DNA of 64,000 nt from Eledone cirrhosa (GCA_964016885.1 OZ024740.1:330274001-330338000), one strand, 5' to 3'; shown: positions 50,275 through 62,204, counted from the first letter of the stretch. Notes: generated by a model not told the origin, from the letters alone. Program-made: numbers and translations.

Positions 50275-53200
50275 ATGACCTCACTCAGAATAGGCAGCAT
50301 AAATGCGCGTGGCTTGAGGTCGTCATGGAAGCAGGGCCACCTGCTCAACGACCTCAGGTCACTAAACATAGATGTAGTGGCCATCAGCGAGACCAGAATC
50401 TCCGAAGCACAGGCTTTCGCACCGATCTTCGGCGGCTACGATGTGTACGCATCTCCCAGCCGTCCGGGATCGGGGGGAGGAGTTGCTGTGCTTTTTCGGA
50501 GAGGTTTGGATCTTGCCATACGGGCCATCTTCCTGGACCCAGAAGGTAAGTTGGTGGTGCTGGACGTGACCAGCGGAGACGGGCAAGCTTTCAGGTTAGT
50601 GGCCGTCTATGCCCCGACAGGAGCAGGGCGGCCTGATTTCTTCCGGCGTCTGGAGACCTTTCTTGGAACGTCCCGCTCTTTAGTGTTAGTGGGCGACTGG
50701 AACGGGATCTTAGATGCACGCTGGGATTGTGTGGGATTAGTGGATAGGGAAGGAGGGTGCAAGAGTCTCACCAACCTGCTCAGACGTTTTGAACTGTCTG
50801 ACAGGTACCGAATGGATTTCCCGAATGTACCAATGTGGACTTGGACAAATCGCATAGGGTCATCCAGATCATATCTAGATAGAGTATTTTGTAGGGAAAT
50901 AGATAGGTCTAGCATAGGCTGTCCACAATTCAAGATAGTAAGCTACACGGACCACAAATTCGTGATCTGTGTGCTTGACTTAGATAGGCTTCAAAGACGA
51001 GGACCCGGCTACTGGAAGTTAAACGCGTCCTTACCAGCGCGCAAGGCCTACAGAGACCGGATTAGCGAACTAGTTAAGCGGGCGTTGACGGGGGCCATCG
51101 TCAACAACAAGTGGTGGTTTGCTCTGAAAAGAGCAATTAGAATAGAGTCCATTAGGTTTAGTAAGACTTTAGCAATAGAGAAAAATAGAGCAGAGGGAGA
51201 ATTAGTTAGAAAATTAGATGAGGCGCTTAGCAAAGGCATCGCGACCGGCGTACTAGCGGCGAAATTGGCCCTTGACCAATTCTTCAATGCAAAGCACGAA
51301 GGCTGCGTTGTCAGAGCTATGGTGCGTGCTCTCAGACACGAGGGGACGAAAGCCGTTCAATGGGCCCGAGTGGCGGAGGCGCGTCGTGGCAACAAAGCCA
51401 CGATCCGGTCTTTGGTGGACCACGACGGGCGCATGCTACTCGATCCCGGGCAAATGTGTGAAGCTTTTCAGCGACACTTCGCTCAACTGTTCGGGGGCAG
51501 TGGCGGGCCGGATCGAGGGATGGACTTTAGTGTCTACCTCGACGGACTGCCGCGGCTTTCGGCCACTGAGGCGGAGTGTTGCGAAAAGCCGATAACAACC
51601 GCTGAAGTACGGGATGCAATGACTAGTTGCACAAGGGGTAAATCGCCTGGTTTGGATGGTCTGCCCTATGAACTTTACGTACAAATGCCAAACTTGTTCG
51701 GAGGCCTCTTGGCGGACGTCTACTGCAACTGGCAACAGAACGGGAGAATTCCCAGCTCTGTGAGCCGAGGAGCGGTGGCTCTGCTGAGAAAGGATCCGAA
51801 CAAGGGGGATAACATAGATAATTTTAGGCCCATAACTCTGCTAAACACAGAGTTCAAGATTTTGGCCAAGGTGCTAGCAAAGAGGTTGGCGCTTGTCGTT
51901 GGTGGTCTGGTGGGAGAGGCACAGACATGCGCCATTCCCGACAGATCCATCCACGACAACCTCCACCTCATGCGATACATCGTAGAGAGGGTAGCTAGGG
52001 AACCTGGCACGGGTGGGTCTTTGATCAATTTAGATCAGTCGAAAGCCTTCGATAGGGTCGACCATCGTTACCTAGCGGCAGTCCTGAGGGCGGCTGGCTT
52101 TGGGCCCGTCTTCAGAGGCTGGATCGCTGCCAGGCACAGCGACATCTGCTCTGTAGTGAGAGTGAACGGTCACCTTTCGGAACCGTTCAACATCATGCGC
52201 TCGGTCCGCCAAGGATGTCCCCTCTCGTCCCTATTGTACGTATTGACTCTCGAGCCATTACTGCACAAACTGGAGACGTTGAGGGGCATCCCGCGCGAAC
52301 TAGGATGCGGAAGATCCGTGTCAGCATATGCCGACGATGTCACCGTAGTGGTGTCGAACGCCAAACAAATCGAGGCGATCGGCACTACACTAAGAGAATA
52401 CGAAGCAGTGACAGGAGCAATGATCAACCAGGAAAAGTCAGTGGGCCTGCAGCTCGGCACCTGGAGAGGCAGGTCCATGCCGTCCAACAGCGTCGTCGGG
52501 CGCTGGACGGACGGACCGGTTAAATTGCTAGGGGTCTGGTTCGGTCCAGACCTCCAGACGGACAAAAACTGGGACGAGGTGACGAGCAGGGTGGCTTCTC
52601 TCACCCAGAAATGGGCCGAGAGGAAGCTATCCCTGAAAGGTCGAGCGGAGGTGGCGAATGCGTACATCGCATCCGTCATCTACTACCGCCTGACCGTCGT
52701 ACCTTGTCCTAAGCCCCGCCTGACTGCGCTGGAGCGTTTGCTCTTTCGCTTCTTGTGGAAGGGACGCGCTCCGATGGTCAGGCGGTCCATCTGCTGTCAA
52801 CACCCGCTACGTGGAGGGCTGGGCATGCCGTGGCTGATGATGCGCAGACACGCGCTCAGGCTACGACACCTCCACCTCTTCCTCGACGGTGATCAGGTGT
52901 GGTCGCCGTTTGCAAGACACGTTTTTCCCCAGCTCGTCTCCTTGACGGAGCTGCAGTCCTGGGTCAAGCGAAGACCGAGAGGGAGCGCTTGGAGACTGGA
53001 ATGTCTTCAGGCGCTCACAGCCCTCGACCAATCGGGCAATGTGATCGGTGGAAACTCCACCTTGGCGTTCTATAGAGGATTAGTGGAGGGGAAGAGCGAC
53101 GACGTACTTGGAGAAACTCTAGGCGTCGACGAAAATCAACTAGCCAATCTCTTCGGAAGGACTTTCGGGCCGGGGCCTATGGACAACTTCCAGAAATCCC

Positions 53201-53694
53201 TGGCCTGGCAGTGCTACCGAGGAGCTTTGCCAGTTCGGGATAAACTCTACAGGCATGGAGGTGCCGTCAGCCGGGCATGTCCGAGATGCGCGCAGGGCGA
53301 CGAAACCGTCCTGCACGCACTCGTCCAGTGTCCGAGCATTGCTGACTTGTGGGTTTATGTCGAACACCTGCTGTCACGTGTAGGACCTATCCAGCTATCA
53401 GCTGAGTCCATCGTGAGGATTGCCCCGCCCCCTTCCTTTAGCCTGGAAGGGCAGGCAGTGTTTATCTGTCTGGTGGCCATGGCGAAAGAGATAGTATGGT
53501 GGACACGTTTGAAAGGGCTGAAGACGAGCACTTACCTCTTCGGTGATGCCCTGATTAACTTTTTCAAATTTCATTTGAAAAGGAAAGTCAGGGTAGAGAG
53601 GGAAGTGCTCTCTTCCCAGCATTTTGTTGAAAGATGGGTGAGAGAAGCAAGTATGGCCCGAATGAATGGGCCTTCTCTGAGTATGTGTCTGTAA
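50275..53694 (+). CDS. ORF2p (APE-RT-zinc finger, 1139 aa, intact)
   Basis: Same length as copy 2 ORF2 with only scattered substitutions. Confidence 0.97.
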   Translation: MTSLRIGSINARGLRSSWKQGHLLNDLRSLNIDVVAISETRISEAQAFAPIFGGYDVYASPSRPGSGGGVAVLFRRGLDLAIRAIFLDPEGKLVVLDVTSGDGQAFRLVAVYAPTGAGRPDFFRRLETFLGTSRSLVLVGDWNGILDARWDCVGLVDREGGCKSLTNLLRRFELSDRYRMDFPNVPMWTWTNRIGSSRSYLDRVFCREIDRSSIGCPQFKIVSYTDHKFVICVLDLDRLQRRGPGYWKLNASLPARKAYRDRISELVKRALTGAIVNNKWWFALKRAIRIESIRFSKTLAIEKNRAEGELVRKLDEALSKGIATGVLAAKLALDQFFNAKHEGCVVRAMVRALRHEGTKAVQWARVAEARRGNKATIRSLVDHDGRMLLDPGQMCEAFQRHFAQLFGGSGGPDRGMDFSVYLDGLPRLSATEAECCEKPITTAEVRDAMTSCTRGKSPGLDGLPYELYVQMPNLFGGLLADVYCNWQQNGRIPSSVSRGAVALLRKDPNKGDNIDNFRPITLLNTEFKILAKVLAKRLALVVGGLVGEAQTCAIPDRSIHDNLHLMRYIVERVAREPGTGGSLINLDQSKAFDRVDHRYLAAVLRAAGFGPVFRGWIAARHSDICSVVRVNGHLSEPFNIMRSVRQGCPLSSLLYVLTLEPLLHKLETLRGIPRELGCGRSVSAYADDVTVVVSNAKQIEAIGTTLREYEAVTGAMINQEKSVGLQLGTWRGRSMPSNSVVGRWTDGPVKLLGVWFGPDLQTDKNWDEVTSRVASLTQKWAERKLSLKGRAEVANAYIASVIYYRLTVVPCPKPRLTALERLLFRFLWKGRAPMVRRSICCQHPLRGGLGMPWLMMRRHALRLRHLHLFLDGDQVWSPFARHVFPQLVSLTELQSWVKRRPRGSAWRLECLQALTALDQSGNVIGGNSTLAFYRGLVEGKSDDVLGETLGVDENQLANLFGRTFGPGPMDNFQKSLAWQCYRGALPVRDKLYRHGGAVSRACPRCAQGDETVLHALVQCPSIADLWVYVEHLLSRVGPIQLSAESIVRIAPPPSFSLEGQAVFICLVAMAKEIVWWTRLKGLKTSTYLFGDALINFFKFHLKRKVRVEREVLSSQHFVERWVREASMARMNGPSLSMCL

Positions 53695-54174
53695 ATTAAA
53701 GGTGGAAAACTGGGAGAGGGCACTTGCCCTGGTGGTCAGGGCCACTGTGGTCTTTTAATGGGCTTTCTCCACAAATGTCCCTTGGAAGTCTCCCCCCTAT
53801 TGGGGAATTTTTCTTTGTTATTTTATTTCAACCTCTGTTTTTTTACACGCAGAAATGCCCATTTGTACCGTCCTGTATTGTCCTGTACTGTCCTTAATGT
53901 CTACTTTATGTGAACCCTTGTGGTTAATAAAGAAAACATTATTATTATTATTATTATTTTTATTTTTTTTCATTATTGTTTCTGAGATATATGCCGAGTG
54001 TCTTCCTGATACATAGGGCAAAGAAATTCACAGTGTGCATTGGTAAGCCAGTTAATACAGCACACTGATTATAATAAAACAAAATAAAAACAGTATACAT
54101 ATAAACACTTGTGCATGTGCATATGTAAATACAAGGAGGGTTATCAATATTACAGAGATAGTGCTCTTCTCAAT

Positions 54175-55195
54175 TCACCTGGAATTTTGCCAGGCACTCA
54201 CTGCTCACTACCAATCGGGCAATGCGATCAGTTGAACTTCCACTCTTGAGTTCTATAGAGGATTAGTGGAGGGCAAGTGCGATGACGCACTCGGAGAAGT
54301 TTGGGCCTCGACGAAGTCGAACTGACCAGTCTGTACCGGAGGACTTTTGAGCCGGGGACGATGGACAATTTCCAGAAATCCCTCGCTTGGCAGTGCTACC
54401 GGCGGGCACCTCTGGTTCGGGATAAACTCTACGGGCACGGAAGTGCTGTCAGACGGAGCTGCCCAAGATGCGCACAGAACGACGAAACCGTTCTGCACGC
54501 ACTTGTCCCATGTCCGTGCATTACTGACTTGTGGAGTTATATCGAACAGCTACTGTCGCGTGTGGAACGAATCCGGCTATCGGCCGAGTCCATAGTGAAG
54601 ATCGATCCACCGCCTTCCTTAGGTCAGGAAGAGCAGGAAATTTTCCTCTGTCTGGTGGCAGTTGCGAAAGAGATTATATGGTGAACCAGGTTAAAAGGAC
54701 CTAAGACAGACACTTTTCTCTTCGGCCAATCCCTCATCAACTTCTTCAAGTTTCACCTGGAAAGGAAGGTGAGGGTGGAGAAAGAAGTGCTGCCCCCCAG
54801 TACATTTGCTAAAAGGTGGGTGAATGTGGCGAGAATGGCTCGTGTGAATGGGCCTACTCTGACCATGCGCCTATAGGCTAGCTAATTTGAGGAGAGGGGT
54901 GCTCTCCTTGGGTGCCCTAGAAGCGCAGGGTGGTTCGAGATTGGTGGGGTACCTGAAGCACCCCAGGGTCGTACACCCCCTATCGGGGAATTTATTTTGT
55001 TATATTTATGCATAGTTTATTTTATATTTTTATATTTTCATTGTTAAATTAGTCTTGCCATTGTGCACTTTGACTCGACCTTATTGTAAACCCCCACTGT
55101 CCCTGTCTTTGTATTGTCCACTACATGTCGGCCCTGGTGGCTAATAAATGAAATCATTATTATTATTATTACTATTGTTATTATTATCATTACTA
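54175..55195 (+). mobile_element. Diverged, 5'-truncated Tx1 relative (copy 5)
   Basis: MDNFQKSLAWQCY..CPRC..ETVLH is homologous to the ORF2 C-terminus, with stops. Its 3'UTR differs and ends gtggctaataaatgaaatc(att)n. Confidence 0.92.
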
Positions 55196-55207
55196 TTTTA
55201 TATATAT

Positions 55208-55700
55208 AGAAAGCATTAGCTACGCAAAAACACCGGCGGCTAACGCCATCTGGCGATGTCCAGCAGAAGCAAGGGAGACAATCATCGATGCATTTCTAAC
55301 TGAACTGGCTCTCATCGGGAAAGTCCCCTTGCGCTTGCAACTGCTGGACTTGAAAACAGGTTGGAATATATAGTTTTCTCGTCTGTGTAAATCAGGTATA
55401 TTAATCTCATTTACATATGAAGCTTAATAAGTTGGTTCAACTTATAACAGACTAGAATTAGGATTTAGCTTCGAGCATAGTCGCATACCGATATTGTTTC
55501 GTATTTCTAAAGAAATACGGTATGTTTATAAGTAAACATTTAGAAAGCCGTAGCTATGCAAAAACACCAGAGGCAATCGCCACATGGCGGTGTATTGCGG
55601 AAGGAGGGAGCACAATCGTCGATGCATTTCGAACAGAACTGGTTCTTATCAGGATGTTCCCTCCTGCTCTTGTAACTACAAGACTTGAAAACAGGCGAGG
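55208..55700 (-). mobile_element. Tandem pair of hammerhead-bearing repeats (copies B, C; period ~335 bp)
   Basis: 55208-55360 resembles 55543-55697. Minus-strand cores are CCGATGA-gagc..gtta-GAAA-tgca-TC (55283-55320) and catc-CTGATAA-gaac..gttc-GAAA-tgca-TC-gacg (55617-55656). Confidence 0.7.
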
Positions 55701-56179
55701 ATATATGTATATGTGTGTGTATACATGTTTTTGTGTGTGTGTACATGTGTGTGTATGTATATATGGAGGTTGGTATGATAAAATAAGAAATTTAGATGGC
55801 ATAAACACTGACATTTACAAAGAGTAAATGAGAAAGACTTTAAGATAAATACATAATTTACAAATGTTTCAAAACTGTTGAATCACGTCATAAATAATGA
55901 CAGACGCTCCAATGAGATTCACAACTATTATTTTTTTGCATTGTATTCATTGGTTTACGTTTCATTTCCAAGTTATCACACGGAATTTGACATGTTATGT
56001 ATAAAATATCTCCTACTATAACAATATCTATTTTTTTAGCTTCATCTAAAATCAATAATATTTACTAAACTATTAAATCTGAATTCTGCGTATTAGCATG
56101 CAAAAAGCAAACAAACAAAAACCAATGAATTATATATATACGTGTGTAAGAGTGATTGTTTCAGTTTGTGTGTGTGAGC

Positions 56180-56400
56180 GAAGGTGTATGGCTAAGTGGT
56201 TAGATTCTGGTATTACCAATCAGGAAGTTATGGGTTAGATTCGGGGCTCCGGAGATAGGTTCTGTCCTCAGGAGGCTACTTATTTCCCCTTGTTCCAGAT
56301 CACTTAGATGTACCAGCCTTTGTATTTCGCTTCGATAACATCGGAGGCGTGGAGAGGGGAAAAACATTTCATCAAAATGTATTCGTCTGACCTGAATTGT
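56180..56400 (+). mobile_element. Decayed tRNA-derived SINE
   Basis: A-box tggctaagtgg, degenerate B-box gggttagattc, then tgtcctcagga..acttatttcccc..ttccag. Confidence 0.5.
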
Positions 56401-56515
56401 CTGTTAACGATCATGCTGAGGTTGATATTAATGTTGATGATATATATATATACAGAGAAGGCGGGTATATACACACATATACATACATATACATATATAT
56501 ATATAGCACGTTTAT

Positions 56516-56657
<142 letters not shown>

Positions 56658-57043
56658 TGTTATATAATGGATGATCGCATTTAAAGTCCGTTAACGGTTC
56701 TTGGCACTACCATTGTTACCATCGCTTTATTTTTAGCCATGGGGCTTGAATGCTACCATTCTATTTTATATTAATGTGAACTGCTATTTCTAATAGCCAT
56801 CTTTTCACCCCTTGATGCTTTGTATGTGAGACACGTCGGCTGTGATCTTCTGACAGGAACTAAAAGATTGATTCTTTTTAGCTTTCCGTCCACACGTAAC
56901 ATTTTAAATCAGTGGCTAGTTGAGAGATACAGTCCTATCGGTTGCCAGTTGCTAATCGCTTTACCCTGTCGGTTGTCACAAACAGTCATGACCGGCATGG
57001 GCCGGTGTTTGGATTCTGTAGATCGATTGGTTATTGATTAGGC

Positions 57044-57160
57044 GTTACCATCTGATGAAGCCGCATATGCCGATTGTGCATTGTTGCACAATATATGCAG
57101 ACAGATGATGCAGTTCACCTTACTGCTGCATTAGTGCGGCAGAAACTCGAGTCCGGGAAC
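57044..57160 (+). ncRNA. Hammerhead ribozyme motif with branched, extended stem II
   Basis: CTGATGA-a-GCCGCA-[~69 nt]-TGCGGC-a-GAAA-ctcgag-TC. Stem III is palindromic and stem I is imperfect. Confidence 0.6.
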
Positions 57161-57309
57161 CTTATAGGCACCCGTTTTACGTGTGTTGTGTCGAGGCAAA
57201 TAACTATGTGTATACTCTGGTAATGTATCTTACATTGCCCAATGAGTGCGCTGAGATACAGTCGGTACTGACATTGATAAATATGGTGGGTCCGTCAACC
57301 CTTATTATA

Positions 57310-58745
57310 TATATATATATTAAAATATAGAGAAAAATACTGCAGGTAGCACATGGTAACATGTAATAAAATACGTCCCTCATCAGTGATTTGCCGAAGA
57401 TCATAGATATTTCATTGCATTAAAAATCATATATCTCACTTCGGTGCAATAATAACCAAAATAAGTTATTAGGACAATTAAAACGCGTAAAGCGAGTGAG
57501 ACAGGAGAACAACAGAAAAGATAGCATACCGTGGGAGAGAAACAAGCTTCAAAAATTATTCTGTTAGCGTAAGCTAGGTGAATATATGAGCGCTAGGGAA
57601 AGAATAGTCCAGCACGAACGAAGGTCATTGAGCAGAGAGAGAAAAAATAGCGTCCATGAGTGCAGGATGAAATGAAGAGAAGAGGGAGAAAAACAGTGAG
57701 TGAGTGAAAGTGTGAGGAAGAGTTAACGGACAAGACAGAGGGGGAGAAACAGAGAGAATGGGGGAACAGTAAGAGGGAGAGAAAAAACACAGAATCGCAG
57801 TGGTAAATATATGTATTAAAATATAGAGAAAAATACTGCAGGTAGCACATGGTAACATGTAATAAAATACGTCCCTCATCAGTGATTTGCCGAAGATCAT
57901 AGATATTTCATTGCATTAAAAATCATATATCTCACTATATATATATATATATATATATGTAATAAAATATAGAGAAAAATACTGCAGGTAGCACATGGAT
58001 AACATGTAATAAAATGAGTCCCTCATCAGTGATTTGCCGACGGTCATAGATATTTCATTGCATTAAAAATCACATACCTCACGTCGGTGCAATAATAACC
58101 AAAATAAGTTATTAGGACAATTGAAACGCGTAAAGCGAGTGAGAGAGGAGAACAACAAAGAGTATAGCTAACCGTAGGGGAAAGAAACAAGCTTCAACAA
58201 TTATTCTGTTTAGCATAAGCTAGGTGAACATATGAGCGCTTTTAGAACAGACCCGACACGAGCGAAGGCTATGTGAGAAGAGAGAAAAATAGCCTTCGTG
58301 GTGTACAGGTTGAAATGAAGAGAAGAGAAACAGTGAGTGAGTGAAAGTGTGAGGAAGAGTTAACTGAAATGACAGAGGGGGAGAAGCAGAGAGAAAGGGG
58401 GAACAGTAAGAGAGAGAGAGAAAAAAACACAGAATCGCAGTGGTAAATATATGTAATAAAATATAGAGAAAAATACTGCAGGTAGCACATGGATAACATG
58501 TAATAAAATGAGTCCCTCATCAGTGATTTGCCGACGATTATAGATATTTCATTGCATTAAAAATCATATACCTCACGTCGGTGCAATAATAACCAAAATA
58601 AGTTATTAGGACAATTGAAACGCGTAAAGCGAGTGAGAGAGGAGAACAACAAAGAGTATAGCTAACCGTAGGGGAAAGAAACAAGCTTCAAAAATTATTC
58701 TGTTTAGCATAAGCTAGGTGAATATATGAGCGCTGTTAGAACAGA
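57310..58745. repeat. Tandem repeat, ~495 bp unit, about 3 units
   Basis: aaaatatagagaaaaatactgcaggtagcacatgg recurs at ~57322, 57818, 57965 and 58459. Confidence 0.92.
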
Positions 58746-60297
58746 CATGCAAAAGTTTTATTTAAAATTGTTGGGTTACAACGAGTAAATATTTTATAAC
58801 TGATATAAAAGCACTCAACAGATTTTGGAGTAGGTTTACGATATTAAACAAATGGAAACTATATTTATAAAACCATATTTATTTCATTATATATATTTCA
58901 GGGATATCATATTAAAAATATGGTATGCCTTCCTCAGACAAAATACAATATATAAGCCGTTTTATAAATAAATTTGACATACCTTAAAATAATGCAACTT
59001 CCATTTAAAAAGTTGATTTGGTAGTGAAACTGTTAAGGACAGTTATAAGACGAAGAAAAACGAAGAGAAAAAAACGAAGAGAAAGAAAAAAAGAAAAAAA
59101 AGAAGGAAAGTATATAGTGCTAAGGACGAAGAGAAGAAGAAAGAGAGTGTATAGTGCTAAGGACAGTTAGAGAAGAAGATGAAGAGATGTATGTAAAGAA
59201 AAACAACAGAACGAGATAGAGAGAGAAGGAGATATGGGAGAGAGAAATATATTGAGGAAGTGAAAATGGTAGGCAGCTTGGGGACAGATGATCAGCGTAC
59301 AGTGAGCGGTTAAGGAGGGAAGAGTGTACTGTAATTATTTATTTATCTATTTATTTAGTTATAGTGTTAAGGATACGGAGAGAAATAAATAGATAAATAA
59401 AGAGAGGTAGAGAGAGATATAGGTGGTGGGAGAAAAGAGGTAGATCGAGTAAATATCTATCATACGAGGTGGGAGAGATACAGTTAAAACAGCCGACACA
59501 TAAATCCCGTCAAGTGTAGAGGAGAAAAAGAAAGAAAGATGATATATTTAAAATATTATGTCTCATCCATTTGAATTATCAATTTTTATGAATTAGGTAT
59601 TATAATGTAAATATCAATATTCATGAATGAGACACATATCCATAATGTGTGAAAAATGAAAAAATAATGACCCCATGTTTAGTTTAAAAATTCTTAGGTT
59701 TATAAGCAAAATCTGAGACAAAACTTCAAAAATACATAAGTATATATGCATTTTCATGAAAAAAGGAAAAAGAGAAAAGAGAAGGTTATCTCAAATTCAA
59801 GTTGACAATTATATACACACATGTGAACTTACGTGATCTGCTCTGCAAATTCTTATTTTTCATGAAAATCTTCTTCTTTCTTTACGGATCGGAAGTGGGG
59901 GTCGCTGACTTGTTGTTCTGATTGTTCTGTACGATTGCCCGAAAATGTGTGATAGGAGAAATGGTGCAAAACAGAAACCATTTTATGTGGTTGTCTGTTT
60001 CCGCTAAGGGTGCGTACTCTCACTTCTGTCCATTATTTTCATGAACAGGATTAACAAGCGCCACCGGGTTGGGAGTGGTATCATGACAGTCAGGTGCAAA
60101 TTTTGTCGGCTGCAATGTGCAGATTATATGGTTTCACATACCCTAACTGAAGGTGATTTCCAAAAGCATATTGATGAAACAAAATTTACCTGTGATATTT
60201 CGATATTTTGTCCCAAAGTCTGGTGTTGTTTTCTCAAAGAACTGGTGTCATATGTATATATATATACAAAAAGATTGTATGTGTGTGTATGTATATG

Positions 60298-60592
<295 letters not shown>

Positions 60593-61070
60593 ATAGTAGA
60601 CCGGTATACTAAGAGACAGAGCAGACCAGAGGCCCAACAACTTGGGAAGAAACCTGTAGAAGGCTTGGTTAGCCTCAAGCAGCGCACAAGGGATGGTGAG
60701 GTAGTATGTCTACCCACGAATAAGTCTGGTAGGATGTCAATAGATAGCATGCCGAACTACATCAATGCTATGCAACCCCACATCACGAACACGAGCGAAA
60801 TTGCACAGCAAACACATGATGGGAGAGAGAAAATCCTCAACGCTCACATGATGATGTGGACTGACATCCTAAAGCCAAGCAGACGCACTGCCAACAGCTT
60901 CCAGGCGTCTAACAATGGCATACCACCCTTGTATGGGCTCCGCAAAGACCAAAAGACAGTCGACGACCCGACAACAGGACCACCAACAAGACCCGTATGC
61001 GGAGCTAATATAGCTAGCAACTACAGGATCTCCTACTTCCTCCCAATGGTTATACGCCCCATAATCCTAA
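60593..61070 (+). mobile_element. Penelope-like RT N-terminal fragment
   Basis: [23 protein letters not shown] and PPTRPVCGA resemble the PLE motifs PTDKSG, YGLxKxHK and RPV. Confidence 0.75.
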
Positions 61071-62204
61071 ACACGCGTTTTGTATGTATTCTTTAAGGAA
61101 TTGATTCAACACGATTATAATCGGCAATTTCATCTTTCTGTGGCTCAAAATATCGAATAACTTTTTCCCTTATGGGGTGAACTAATAGTAGAAACTAATC
61201 TTCATATGTTAAAATTAATAATATATAAAAGAGAGACACACTTTCAACATTGCGTCTCTTACAATATGTGAGATTTCTTTAATAAATTATTTTAAAACAT
61301 CTCTTTAAATGACATTCCACAGTGAATTTGCATCGACTCCTTTAATTGGAATAGTTTTCTTTTGTAGGATTCTAAATGTGTACTGTATATTGTGGGTGTT
61401 CACACGGAGAACACCCCCGCAATACAGTTTTCCATAGACTAACTACGTACTACAATATATTTAGGCATTTAAATAGTTCGAAAACCTGTTTATTACCATA
61501 ACGCACAAAGAATCATAACGACATCAGTATTGCACGTCTTTAAAAATACAGAACAGCCCACAAATAATTGTAGTCATATCCTCTTATAATTGACAAACAA
61601 CTTGGAAACAAATAATTAAGAATTTATGCATATTGCATTTTCTAAATGAAAGATTAGAATGAAAGATTCGCGAATAATATCAATTGTGAAAGTAGTTAAT
61701 TTTGACTCCTTTTACTCTTAGTATATATCTAGTTAGAATTGATTTAAAATATGGAATATTTATTAAGTTTCATTGCTATAAACTTTCTACTACGGAACAC
61801 TCTTTAGAGCGTTATGCATTTGCTCCGATTCTCCATATTCTGAGTTAAAATCTCAAAGTGTATACATTTCTTTAAAATCATCTGGAAATCGATGAAGATG
61901 TACCAAGACGTTATTGGTGAATGTCTCTATTCTTCCAGCTGGCAAATCCTGAATGTCCTTCCTGAATGTGCTGCTAGATCAAGTGAAGTTGTCAAGGGAG
62001 TGACCGTCCGCTCCCGATTGCACGGGTACTTAAAGAATGGTACATACTTCCAAATCATAAGCAAGTGTAGTGCAGATGGTTTCATATCTCTTCTGACCTT
62101 ATCATTTCATGCTTCTGTCACAACCAATTTTCAGCACGGACGTAAGCCACATGATTCCGCCTAGCTCATATCCCTCATCTCTCCCTCAACTATAAAATCT
62201 GCCG

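Larger units (their letters stand above)
48073..53958 (+). mobile_element. Tx1/L1-clade LINE copy 4 (type B 5'UTR/ORF1, both ORFs intact)
   Basis: Starts ggcgacctacg directly after the tail of copy 3 and ends aataaagaaaac(att)n. Confidence 0.97.

Noticed and set aside
36285-53745. Recurrent antisense and alternative-frame ORFs inside the LINE copies
   Set aside because: They are shadows of GC-rich or low-complexity coding sequence and recur only because the copies are near-identical.
28914-53958. Telomeric retrotransposon array (HeT-A/TART-like role)
   Set aside because: There are no TTAGGG/TTAGG tracts, and ordinary DNA continues on both sides, so the array is interstitial.
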